Source: an uncultured delta proteobacterium | Lineage (GTDB): Bacteria > Desulfobacterota > Desulfomonilia > Desulfomonilales > Desulfomonilaceae | Direction: 5' to 3' | Length of the DNA: 64,000 nucleotides | NCBI GenBank assembly: GCA_963789265.1 | Contig: CAWBKB010000007.1 | Coordinates: 192,001-256,000, forward strand | Part shown: positions 31,155 through 40,280 of the stretch, piece after piece | Numbering within the stretch: the stretch's first letter is position 1 | How the letters are laid out: each line of letters opens with the position of its first letter | Notes under the pieces: generated by a model | Told to the model about the DNA's origin: nothing | The model's input: only the letters and a program-made list of their open reading frames with translations | Database searches by the model: none | Made by a program: the position numbers and the translations under genes

Positions 31155-31351
31155 TTTTTCACATGGCTGTTCCTTGTTCAATACCTTTATTGGTGTAGGC
31201 TTTTTGCGAGCAGCGGTTCGGTATGGTTGCAAATGGCGACGGATTCTTGGCAACTGGCTGTTCCCACAAACAGTTCAAATCACAATCGCTACTATTCTCT
31301 TTGCCGACCATATACGTCAGCGTTTCAAGACCCGGCTGGCATAATTTGTGC

Positions 31352-31380
31352 TTGACCGAGAATTTTCAGTGAAATATCAT
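31352..31380 (+). promoter_or_regulatory. Putative sigma70 promoter for the FRG gene
   Basis: TTGACC-17 nt-TATCAT; an adjacent sigma54-like TGGCAT-N7-GC at 31337-31352. Confidence 0.45.
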
Positions 31381-31415
31381 CGGACACCGTCAAGAAGGTA
31401 TAAGAAGGGGTCCTC

Positions 31416-32417
31416 ATGAACCAAGACCATGATGAGACGTACCATATGAGTCGTAATCCCAAAAGGGATTTGTTTCCTTATACAGAGTTGGCGACATCAC
31501 GACCGGACGCGGAACCATACGAATTGTCAGATGACTTGCTAAATTGGCTGGCTTGGGAATTTGTGGAACCTGACAAGTGGGGTTGGGTATTTAGAGGTAT
31601 CAGAAAGCACTACTATCCGCTGAAGAGTGTGCTGGACAGAAGAATAGACAACAGAAGAATATTTGGAAGTGCGCACTCCTACTCCGAAATTGATAGACAG
31701 ACCGCCGAGGGTTATCTCCTCAGCCAGTTCAAGAAAGGGGCACATCATTTTATTGAGGCTTCGATGGTCCCAGACGACAACAACACCTTAGAATGGTTAG
31801 CGCTAATGCAACATTACGGGACTCCCACACGGCTACTCGACTTCACGCGTTCGCCGTACGTAGCTTGTTTTTTTGCTCTAGAAGAAATCTCTACTAAACA
31901 AGCACAACCAAAAGACACAATAAAGGAAGATAAGAACGCTGCTGTTGAAAATTGCGCAATCTGGGCTGTTGATACCCTCTGGTTGATAAGAAACAGTTTT
32001 CGCCGTATTGCCAAGAAGTTTCCAGGATATACAGAGGACAGTCTCTTGGATTCCGGGTTCATGGCCAAGAATTTCGATACACTTTCTGTGAAGTACCAAA
32101 AGCCTCTGATTTTACCAATTGTACCGTCGCGATCAAACCCGAGACTCCTAGTTCAACAGGGCCTTTTTCTGTGTCCAAGCATAGCTGAGGGAGGTCTTGA
32201 GAAGAACCTCCTATCCTACAACGATGACACGCAGGATATGGATCAGCACGTGTGCAAAATTATAATTGAAGGCCGAATTCGGACAGAAGTCCTATCTGAA
32301 CTTCGTCTCATGAATATCAGCCGCGCAAGCCTTTTTCCGGATCTGCAAGGATATGCAAGCTCACTATCTCACGAGCTAGAATACAGATCATCAGATGAGA
32401 TAAAACGGTTGAGGTAG
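31416..32417 (+). CDS. FRG domain protein
   Basis: WVFRG, WLALMQHYGTPTRLLDFT.SPYVA.FFA, NPRL..QQGLF, LFPDLQG. Confidence 0.92.
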   Translation: MNQDHDETYHMSRNPKRDLFPYTELATSRPDAEPYELSDDLLNWLAWEFVEPDKWGWVFRGIRKHYYPLKSVLDRRIDNRRIFGSAHSYSEIDRQTAEGYLLSQFKKGAHHFIEASMVPDDNNTLEWLALMQHYGTPTRLLDFTRSPYVACFFALEEISTKQAQPKDTIKEDKNAAVENCAIWAVDTLWLIRNSFRRIAKKFPGYTEDSLLDSGFMAKNFDTLSVKYQKPLILPIVPSRSNPRLLVQQGLFLCPSIAEGGLEKNLLSYNDDTQDMDQHVCKIIIEGRIRTEVLSELRLMNISRASLFPDLQGYASSLSHELEYRSSDEIKRLR

Positions 32418-32582
32418 ATCTCAGCACGAGTGGCAGTGCCAGACTTACAAGTGAATGAATTCCGGCTTATGACCGATGAGCATCTAGGGGGGCCTGACGA
32501 CCGCATCGACGCCGGCACACGCAACAGCGATGCGAGCGTGCGAAGCCCAACGTGATCTTGACAAATCGAAAGGAGATCGACG

Positions 32583-32984
32583 GTGAGCGCCAAGCTTGGG
32601 CAAGACCCGGACGCTTTGCTTCGAGATACTGTGCGTAAGGACCAGATCGAGTACCGTAAGTGGATCGTGAGCTTGTCCATTTTCGTTCTAACGGTTTCGC
32701 TTGGCCTGATTGGCCTCCTGGTGAAGGCACATCCTCTCCGGTACAAATGGCTCTTAGTTGTCGGTTGGCTATTCTTGGGGGCCTGTATTTTCTTCAACTG
32801 GTTAATCATCAAGAGACTTGTCGGCATTTCGCTTGTCGCAGCCGCATCGCGTGAAGAGCCTAGCTTTGGCAACCTCCTCACGATTCTTACCAAGCTAGAT
32901 TTGCAGTTGTACGCTCTGGTTCAGAACCTCGCCTTCCTTGTAGGTGTGTTCGCCGTGGGCCTTGGTTTTGTCCTGAATGTCTGA
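32583..32984 (+). CDS. Small multi-pass membrane hypothetical protein
   Basis: GTG start with SD AAGGAG; three hydrophobic helices. Confidence 0.7.
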   Translation: MSAKLGQDPDALLRDTVRKDQIEYRKWIVSLSIFVLTVSLGLIGLLVKAHPLRYKWLLVVGWLFLGACIFFNWLIIKRLVGISLVAAASREEPSFGNLLTILTKLDLQLYALVQNLAFLVGVFAVGLGFVLNV

Positions 32985-33353
32985 ATATGAAGCTGGAGTA
33001 ATGCCTATTAAGTTGACATTGGAGCCACATCCGTTAGAGATTAGCCAATGCACGTCCGTGAGAATCGACACGCCTTTCTCGGTATCATTGGTGAGGTGAT
33101 GCGATCAGAGGGACACTGAGAGAGGACGGCAAGAACGGATCAATGCCAATAAAGTGGACTAGGGCGTGAAGCGAGTATGAAACGTCAAAGAGGCCCAGCG
33201 TGTCATTCCAGCGTGCTCGGCAATCCGTGGCCTAGTCGGAATTGGCGTTGTTTTCCGGCCCCTTAGACTGCTCCAACCGCGCCGCTGAATTGGGCGCTGA
33301 GCAGATTCAGTCGCCACTGAACGTGAGTGACTGTGGGTGTGAAGGAAGTCAAC

Positions 33354-34313
33354 ATGGCATCTGCAGATTGGGTACCGCTGGTAGGTGAGTTCGATGTCGT
33401 CGAGGGGGAAGTGCAATTTCATGGCAAACGTGTGCCCTTTGTCGAGCCGCCTGGAGGATTGGAGACGGACCAGAAAGATCAACCGGCTTTCGGGATCATC
33501 CTGAGCAGTTTGGCGCTTGCTGATGGCAAAGTCAGCGCCGAGGTGGAATTCGCGCAGGTCACGGCCCATTCGATCTGCGAATTGGCCATCGTTTACGATG
33601 TCAGCAGCCGCCACTTTGTCACTGCTGGCTTGGGGGGCGAAACATGGGCGATGTACGGCATTCGCGAGTTCGGAGGCCCAAGAACGGGCGGACAGGGATG
33701 GTGGGGCCATCTTGCAGGCGGGGACCGCGCGAATCTTAAACCGGGCCGGGTATATCGAGTCGCGGTTCAGCTTCGGGGTGCATTCGTGACGCTTCACGTT
33801 GACGGCGTTGCCGTTGGAACCGCACAGGTTAGTTCCCCAATGGGTCGCGCCCGTCAAGTCGGATTTTTGTGCAGAGCGGACCACCTCATCAGCATACGCA
33901 ACTTGACGGTCGAAGGCACTAAGCCGAAAGCATTCGTAGTGATGCAGTTTGGTGAGGGGTATGACGAGGTATATGAGGATGTTGTAAAAGAGGTCTGCAA
34001 ATCCTACGAAGTCAACGTGCTGCGGGCTGACGAAGTGTCAGGGCCCGGTCTGATCATTAGCGATGTGGTTCGCGAAATCGCCGCCTCGCAACTGATCATT
34101 GCTGATATCACCCCCGAAAACCCCAACGTCTACTTTGAGGTGGGATACGCACTCGCGCTCGGAAAGCCGACTGTCCTTCTCGCACAGAAAGGCACCTCGC
34201 TGCCTTTCGATGTTGCCGGGTTTAGGGTGCTGTTCTATGAAGACACGATCGGCGGAAAGAAACGGCTGGAAGAGGGTATGAGAAGGCATTTGGCCGCCAT
34301 TCTTGCCGAGTGA
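33354..34313 (+). CDS. Beta-sandwich (ConA-like) domain fused to a nucleoside 2-deoxyribosyltransferase-like domain
   Basis: C-terminal AFVVMQF..RADE..IIADIT.ENPNVYFEVGYALALGKP..LPFDV; N-terminal half rich in predicted beta strands. Confidence 0.75.
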   Translation: MASADWVPLVGEFDVVEGEVQFHGKRVPFVEPPGGLETDQKDQPAFGIILSSLALADGKVSAEVEFAQVTAHSICELAIVYDVSSRHFVTAGLGGETWAMYGIREFGGPRTGGQGWWGHLAGGDRANLKPGRVYRVAVQLRGAFVTLHVDGVAVGTAQVSSPMGRARQVGFLCRADHLISIRNLTVEGTKPKAFVVMQFGEGYDEVYEDVVKEVCKSYEVNVLRADEVSGPGLIISDVVREIAASQLIIADITPENPNVYFEVGYALALGKPTVLLAQKGTSLPFDVAGFRVLFYEDTIGGKKRLEEGMRRHLAAILAE

Positions 34314-34322
34314 TCGTGCTCA

Positions 34323-34470
34323 GGGAATTTCGGCTACACCATGCTCAATTCCCTTTGGAGATTCCTTTCCGTCCGAGTTTGCGCCTATGCAAAACTCTGG
34401 TAAGCTCGTTTATTATGAAATCTTCCGTTCTTGTGTCAACAATTAAGTATGGAGTGCCTTGAACCCTCCC
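34323..34470. mobile_element. Non-autonomous REP-bounded element carrying a RAYT 3' tail
   Basis: GGAATTTCGGCTACACCATGCTCAATT ... AATTAAGTATGGAGTGCC; interior reads EDFI..L.RVLHRRKLGRKGISKGN on the minus strand, homologous to 41176-41319. Confidence 0.65.
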
Positions 34471-34674
34471 AAGGGAAGACCAGCTTTGGTCTCCGGTTTT
34501 CAATTCAAGGCCTGATCCCAATTCAAGATTGCCTTGCGTCAAAGAAAAGTATACTTTTTGAACAAGGTTGCGCTTCAGGAACCTTGAAGATAGAAGTAGT
34601 CAAGAAGAAGCTGTCTTTGAGAGACTCAACAATTTTGATGAGCGCCGAAGCAAGCGATAGAAAGGAGACCGCGC

Positions 34675-34890
34675 ATGCAGATGATTCTTGAAGCCACATA
34701 CAGAAACGGCGTTCTTGTTCCCGACAGGAGCCTGGGCCCCGAAAAAGAAGGCAAGAAGTTTAAGCTCATCGTTGTCGAAGAGAAGGAATTAGAGGCCAAA
34801 CGGGACCAATTCTTCCAGTTTGTCAAGGATCACAGGTTCAGTCTGCCCGAAGATTTCCGGTTCAGCAGGGACGAAATCCATGAAAGATAG
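34675..34890 (+). CDS. Antitoxin, AF2212/DUF104-like
   Basis: ILEATYRNGVLVP; C-terminal FSRDEIHER overlapping a PIN gene; SD AAGGAG. Confidence 0.8.
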   Translation: MQMILEATYRNGVLVPDRSLGPEKEGKKFKLIVVEEKELEAKRDQFFQFVKDHRFSLPEDFRFSRDEIHER

Positions 34891-35308
34891 GATCCTGATC
34901 GACACGAACCTCTGGATTTAACTCTATGCACTAGATCCGCAGGCCAAACGCAATAGGATCGAAGAGTTGGTCCAACAAAATTTCGCGAAAATCATAGTGA
35001 GCACGCAGATTCTGGGAGAATTTTATCACGTTGTAACAAGAAAAGGGCTCCTGACACGCGAATCTGCTAAGGATATTATTATCGAGATGGTAGCGACCTT
35101 TCCGGTGTCGGAAATCGGAACAGCAAATGTCTTGAAGGCCCTCAAGATTCAGGAAATCTTTCATTACTAGTATTGGGACAGCCTAGTCATGGCGACAGCA
35201 ATCCTTACCGATTGCGATATCCTTTATTCAGAGGACATGCAGCACGGTCAATCTGTGCAAGGGAGAACCAGGATCATCAACCCATTTCTCGAAGTACCCG
35301 AAATCTGA
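34880..35308 (+). pseudogene. PIN-domain (VapC-like) toxin with two nonsense codons
   Basis: MKDRILIDTNLWI*LY..STQILGEFY..HY*YWDSLVMATA..LYSEDMQHG..INPF; TAA 34919 and TAG 35168 in frame. Confidence 0.85.
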
Positions 35309-35311
35309 AAA

Positions 35312-35412
35312 TCTCCGTCAAGGTCGTCTCTAGACTTTCCTTCCGCAAAGTGCACCGCCTCGCAGGCCGCGTCGAGCATGTGTCTCAGCCGAATCCGGTC
35401 ATCCTCCCGCAT
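35312..35412 (-). pseudogene. Truncated HEPN/DUF86 (HepT-like) toxin, N-terminal ~32 codons only
   Basis: MREDDRIRLRHMLDAACEAVHFAEGKSRDDLD, then runs into the antisense of the PIN gene; no RxxxxH motif. Confidence 0.75.
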
Positions 35413-35707
35413 ATTGCACCTCAGCCTCAGCAATTACTTTGTCCCTGAAATAACGACTCAGCTCTTGAGGGGTCCGAAGATCCACCTTGCGACCGCCGAG
35501 ACCGTCTGAGAGTTCTTGCTCCATATCAGCAAGCTCAAAATAACCCGGCGTGCTCCCTTGCTCGAATTCGACGAGGAAATCCAGGTCGCTTTCAGCTCCG
35601 AAATCGTCGCGTAGATACGACCCGAAAATGGATAGCTTCCTGACATGGTGTCGGCGGCAAAAGTCTTTGATGAAATCACGAGGAATGACCGGACGCTCTT
35701 GGTTCAT
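35399..35707 (-). CDS. Minimal nucleotidyltransferase (MntA-like antitoxin)
   Basis: LSIFGSYLRDDF..ESDLDFLVEF..GRKVDLRT..LSRYFR. Confidence 0.9.
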   Translation of the reverse strand: MNQERPVIPRDFIKDFCRRHHVRKLSIFGSYLRDDFGAESDLDFLVEFEQGSTPGYFELADMEQELSDGLGGRKVDLRTPQELSRYFRDKVIAEAEVQYAGG

Positions 35708-36356
35708 CGGACCCTCCTTCCTCACGGGGCCACCGGAGCATAGTCTTGTTCACAAAAAATATCCTTTTATCAGATGGAAGGCAACCGGGAAAGCCTCGAT
35801 TGAAGTCAGGCACCGGCCTAGCCTAGCCAAACATCTCATATTATGGCCCACTCATACCCGCATGGATTTGACTGACCGGCTTATGGGCGTCACTAAATAC
35901 AGCTAAAGCGGAACGCGACATTCTTTCTCAATCCCTTACTCAATGCTTCTCGGGGGCACTTTTGGCCTGAGTTTCTCATATGCAATACGCCGGCGGGCTC
36001 GCCTTTCATGAGATCTTCCATTTGTCTGTCAACAATTAAGTCGCCCGGGGCGCATGCCATTCCATCCTGCGGTTCCTCGCATACGCTGGGTGTCATGTTT
36101 TCCAATGAATCATTGACGCGTTGCCTGTCTATGATACAATTAAATTAGAGGGTCCTACTTTTATTAGGCCAACCCACGGAAGGGCGAAGACCCGATACTT
36201 CGTCATAGAGTGGCCTACAAGGATAACTTTCTGAAAAAATGGTACGGGCACCCGTTGAGAATTCAGATCCACGGGTCCAAAGAAACTCCTTCTTTCATTC
36301 ATCTCTGACATAGGCTTGTCGGCCTGGCATCAAACTGTCTGCAAAGGAAAGGGGCT

Positions 36357-37574
36357 ATGGGTGAAACTGCTTTCGATTTCATGAAAATCTGGACCCAAGG
36401 CGACCAGGAATCGGAATTCAAGCTCAAGAGCGTATTGCTCGACGGATTGGATTCCGTGGTCCAAGCACAGGGCGATGTGCTCTCAAAAATCCGAGTGGAT
36501 CGCTCGATAGCCACTCCTGTGGTTCGCTGGATGGAAGAAAGGGGTTATCCTTCTGCTGTCACTACCCAATTGACGGAAAAAACTATGGTCTTTAGCGGCC
36601 TACTTTTCGGTCGGAGTGTCAATGCAGACTCAATCCGCAAGGTGATCCGAGCAGGGACCATTCTCGAACGTCCGCGAGATGGCTGCCAAGTGAAGATTTC
36701 ATCGCTCGACGGGCTTTCGGCCGCGGTGACGGCATACGGCAACACCAGTTTGGCCGATGATCCGGCACCTGTCGCTTGGGATGTCATTTCCGAGGTATGG
36801 TCTGACTTTCGAGATGCTTCCGGGCCCCGATCGCTTGACAGGAAATCCCGCGAGGTCGGCACACAGATATTCGCCGAGACATTTGAGATTCCCAAAACCA
36901 GGAAGAATACCAAGTACGAAATCATTGAATTTGAATCAGAGCATCAGATTCTCGCACTGATTGCCAAGCTCAGGCGTCAACTCGCGTATGCCATACTCAG
37001 ATCCCGGCCTTTCCATGACGGATCGCAATTCGTATGGGGGAACAAGACCGAAGAGCCGACCCTATGCGGTCTCTGCACTTGGCCGGTTGTAACTTACGAT
37101 GAAATTCCCAATCCGAATGTGTACGTCAACAAAAACGGGCAGGCTCTTACCAAGACTGATCTGGACAATCTTGTCCGCGGGCTTTGGCTTGACGAGCATG
37201 CGGACTACAACAAGGGCGACTGGTGGATCGCCTGTCATCCTGCCGTCCACCAATTCATCCAGGACTTTGACATTTGCTATCGACGAATCGAGAAAAAAGA
37301 CAAAACTGTCGGTTTTCATGTAGATGAATTCCATTCCAAGATCGGCAAAACCTTTCCCATCCTATCCGAGCCGTTTATGCGGCCCGGCGTGCTGATCGCG
37401 GTGAATTTCAAGGCCTTCAAATATGGCTATTATGCTAACGATTCTCTGGAACGCCAGGAGATTCCCACTCAGGGCCGATATCAACGCTGGCTTATTTCCT
37501 TCCAAACGTACGGCGTGGTAGCTCGCAATCCCAGGGCCAATATCGGCATGATCTACGGACTGCCGGTCAGTTAG
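36357..37574 (+). CDS. Putative phage major capsid protein (DUF5309/SU10 MCP-like, HK97 fold)
   Basis: 405 aa; RWMEE followed by a beta insertion, GTQIFAETFEI (cf. NxTQIF), TLCGL, terminal beta strands QTYGVVARNP..GMIYGL; SD AAGGGG. Confidence 0.7.
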   Translation: MGETAFDFMKIWTQGDQESEFKLKSVLLDGLDSVVQAQGDVLSKIRVDRSIATPVVRWMEERGYPSAVTTQLTEKTMVFSGLLFGRSVNADSIRKVIRAGTILERPRDGCQVKISSLDGLSAAVTAYGNTSLADDPAPVAWDVISEVWSDFRDASGPRSLDRKSREVGTQIFAETFEIPKTRKNTKYEIIEFESEHQILALIAKLRRQLAYAILRSRPFHDGSQFVWGNKTEEPTLCGLCTWPVVTYDEIPNPNVYVNKNGQALTKTDLDNLVRGLWLDEHADYNKGDWWIACHPAVHQFIQDFDICYRRIEKKDKTVGFHVDEFHSKIGKTFPILSEPFMRPGVLIAVNFKAFKYGYYANDSLERQEIPTQGRYQRWLISFQTYGVVARNPRANIGMIYGLPVS

Positions 37575-37698
37575 TTCAAATAAGCTAAACCCCGTTAATT
37601 ATCAAATATCTGCGTTAAATCAACTCCATAACTACTTTTTGTCTTATCCGCTTCACGTGTGGTTTCACGTTTTCCATTTGATGAAAGGAGAATAATGC

Positions 37699-38622
37699 AT
37701 GATCGAAACCGAGGACCAACGGCGCTGGTGGTTCGCCACTCACCCGGAGTTTAGCTGGAGCCGTCGAGGTATAAGAGGTGACAACAAGGTAGATCCGGCG
37801 GAAGTCGATCAATATGTAAACAGGGCACTCAAGTACGAAAGCGGGCCTGTCGGGGAGCTGCTGAAATCGGTGAAGAAGCATTTTGGTACGGAAGCCTACC
37901 CCAACGAGCATGACAAATTAGCCGACAACCGTGGTACTGATTCGTCGTCCCAGCAGCCGAAGCAACCTCAGGCAACGATTGGACCACCCGAACCGCCCGG
38001 CCTTAGTGATCGTGCTCGATATGTTTTGGACATTGTGTGTCCCGGCCTAACCAAGGCGTATGATAGGTGGCGAACGGGCTATTACAACGCATATCCGTGG
38101 GCCCCAGGTCCTGTTTACGATGCACTTGGCGATTTGATGAGTCTGGTGCCCATCGGCCTTGCGAAAATTCAAGCCACCCTGGCGAAGGCAGTAAACCCGG
38201 CCGAGATTGCTGCTTTACAGAATGCTCGCCAAGAGTTACTTAAAATCTGGGATCACGCAAATTTCCCTCGAGGATGGGCCATTGAAGACCACTTGGGCCG
38301 GGATCTTCCCCGTACCTTCAAGGGTATTGACGGGTTTGAGAATGGAGTGGCCACGAGTATCAAGAGCATGGACCTCCGCCTAAACTCGTATCAAGATCCT
38401 GCCAAGATTCTCTCGCAAGGCCGGAAGTATGTTGATCAGGTGGCCAACTTTGACGGAGCGCGCATGGGAGACACCCGGATTAGCGCCGAACAGATAACCG
38501 AAAGGGTCTTACGCCTCGGTGTGCCCCCCGGTGCTACAAAGACCCAGCAGTCGGCTCTGAAAAGTCTGGTTGAATACGGTAAACAAAACGGCGTGAAAGT
38601 GGAGGTTATTAGAGTGCCATGA
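37699..38622 (+). CDS. Polymorphic toxin: unrecognised N-terminal leader, Pro/Gln linker, EC869-type CdiA-CT PD-(D/E)XK DNase
   Basis: RGWAIEDHLG..LP.TFKGID.F..GVATSIKSMD (E..D..SxK), I..RVL.L.VP, YGKQNGVKVEV; SD AAGGAG. Confidence 0.8.
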   Translation: MIETEDQRRWWFATHPEFSWSRRGIRGDNKVDPAEVDQYVNRALKYESGPVGELLKSVKKHFGTEAYPNEHDKLADNRGTDSSSQQPKQPQATIGPPEPPGLSDRARYVLDIVCPGLTKAYDRWRTGYYNAYPWAPGPVYDALGDLMSLVPIGLAKIQATLAKAVNPAEIAALQNARQELLKIWDHANFPRGWAIEDHLGRDLPRTFKGIDGFENGVATSIKSMDLRLNSYQDPAKILSQGRKYVDQVANFDGARMGDTRISAEQITERVLRLGVPPGATKTQQSALKSLVEYGKQNGVKVEVIRVP

Positions 38623-39062
38623 AATGCGCAGGAGCATACAAAAGAGAGAAGAAGATATATCTTAACCCTAGTTCGAAAACGACGAAGGGCCTTTGGATCG
38701 GTACGTCTCCACGAATTATTTTTGATGAGACGGAACCTCCCTCAGTAAAAGGTAAATATCTAAAAGAAGTTCTGAGCCATTCCCAAGAGGGTGTACCTCA
38801 TCCTACAGACTGGGACAGCTTGCTCCAGAAGTTTCTGAAGGAGGTAGGCGTTAAATCATGGAGCAAATTCGCTAATACTGCCCTTTCATGCACATTTGAC
38901 CTTAAAGGAGATCAGTTGGAATTTCTTCCGTGGCGGAATTCGGGTCCCCGGGAGCACTACAATTTTGTGCCAATTAGGGATCGAAAAATGACCATTTCCT
39001 TCGATGCTTCCGATGAAGAGTTGGGCCTCTTTTTGGAAAAGGCGTTCGAGGCTTGTGAATAG
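38619..39062 (+). CDS. Cognate immunity protein, CdiI (DUF1436/EC869-like)
   Basis: ATGA overlap with the toxin; GVKSWSKF..A..C and terminal ASDEELG.FL.KAF..C. Confidence 0.75.
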   Translation: MKCAGAYKREKKIYLNPSSKTTKGLWIGTSPRIIFDETEPPSVKGKYLKEVLSHSQEGVPHPTDWDSLLQKFLKEVGVKSWSKFANTALSCTFDLKGDQLEFLPWRNSGPREHYNFVPIRDRKMTISFDASDEELGLFLEKAFEACE

Positions 39063-39273
39063 AAGAGGGAAAGAGCCTCATTGCATGCCCGAGCCGAAAG
39101 AGCAGTAGTGAACCTCCAAGGGAATTGGCGCGGAAGAACAAGCATGGGGTCAGCTCTTTCCATTTGGCATTCACACGAATCTCTGATGTCTGATCTGAAC
39201 CGACTGCCATTACCTGAATATTTGGACTCAAGTAATATTGAAGCTCATGCCGCGACCTACAGTGATATTTTTA

Positions 39274-39409
39274 TTCTCGTTCCCAGGCTCCGCCTGGGAA
39301 TGCCCGCCTTGGAGGCTCTGCCTCGCCTTTGACTGCTAAATGAAGGCGATTTGCGGGCAGAGCCCGCGAGATATGAGTTCCCAGGCAGAGCCTGGGAACC
39401 AGAATAAAA
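39274..39409. repeat. REP-derived element CTCGTTCCCAGGCTCCGCCTGGGAA..TTCCCAGGCAGAGCCTGGGAACCAG
   Basis: Terminal hairpins in inverted orientation; internally deleted direct copy at 40974-41053; relatives at ~20620, 28428 and 30317. Confidence 0.85.
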
Positions 39410-39701
39410 CGCAACAAAATCGAGGCAGCTAGAAACTCGTGGGATAAAAGCAAAGCAGGCGGATGAACTTAATGATATTCGCAGCGGCGGCAAAGGGAGC
39501 GGAGTGTGGACGGAAGAAGAATTGGAGAGGATCCGGAAGACTGGGAAATTCCCGGATGATGCAGTATGGCATCATGACCCTACAGTTGCCAATGCTCCTG
39601 ATAGGGCCGTCGATCAGAATGCAGTACATACAATGCGCGGAGGACCAAAAGCTCATTTGCGAGACGGTCACCACGGGAATTATCAGAATCCAAAAAAATA
39701 G
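39408..39701 (+). pseudogene. Orphan toxin C-terminal module, Tox-GHH-like HNH/EndoVII nuclease (no leader)
   Basis: Open frame ..ELNDIRSGGKGSGVWTEEELERIRKTGKFPDDAVWHH..TVANAPDRA.D..AHLRDGHHGNYQN* beginning at the repeat edge. Confidence 0.7.
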
Positions 39702-39763
39702 GTACATTGAAAGTATAAAATCATTTCATCGTTCGCATGAACGAATTGGAGGAAGCCGCAAAA

Positions 39764-40265
39764 ATGAAACCAGGACTTCTGGAAAGTGTGCTGATTCGGC
39801 GGTACCGGTAGACCTAAAATCTCTGTCAATAGCGCCTTGGTTCAACAATGCTGGAAGCTCGACGAACCCGATAATTCCTCCCTGTTGTACATGGGAATGA
39901 AATGGGAGGGACGCTTGGGCACCCGTTTTGCTGGCCTAAAGGGAATTTACGGTAATGCTTTCGGTGGATTCTTGGTCGGGAATTCCCTCAAGATTGCGGT
40001 ACTGCTGCCCCGCAAAGTGTGGGGTCTCTGGCGGATAGATGAGCTCCAAATGCTCCGTCCGGTGAGAATAGCTTTGGCAATTGATCCTGCCATTGATTTC
40101 TTTATGGACGCGGCCAACGTCTGGTATTACGGTCATAAGGAAGGTGAGCTGTACGTCTTCGATGCTGAGACGGATGAACTGGATTCGTTAGGGCCAATTG
40201 AACCGGCTCTGGACAGCCTTATCGATCAATGGGAAGAAGCCGGCCAACCGCTTCCGAAAAATTAG
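39764..40265 (+). CDS. Probable immunity protein of the orphan toxin (apparent frameshift near 39794)
   Basis: SD GGAGG, ATG 39764 MKPGLLESVL then GGTGRPKIS.. joining ORF 39837-40265; FFMD..NVWYYG..GELYVFDAE resembles SUKH-like C-termini; position after a toxin. Confidence 0.55.
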
Positions 40266-40280
40266 ACCCGTACGGCGGCA

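Noticed and set aside
36160..36350. Riboswitch or ncRNA upstream of the capsid gene (TAGGCCA..TGGCCTA pairing, CCACGGGTCC)
   Set aside because: Only fragmentary resemblance to c-di-GMP-I elements; the GGCAAAC/GCAAA core is missing. Needs an Rfam scan.
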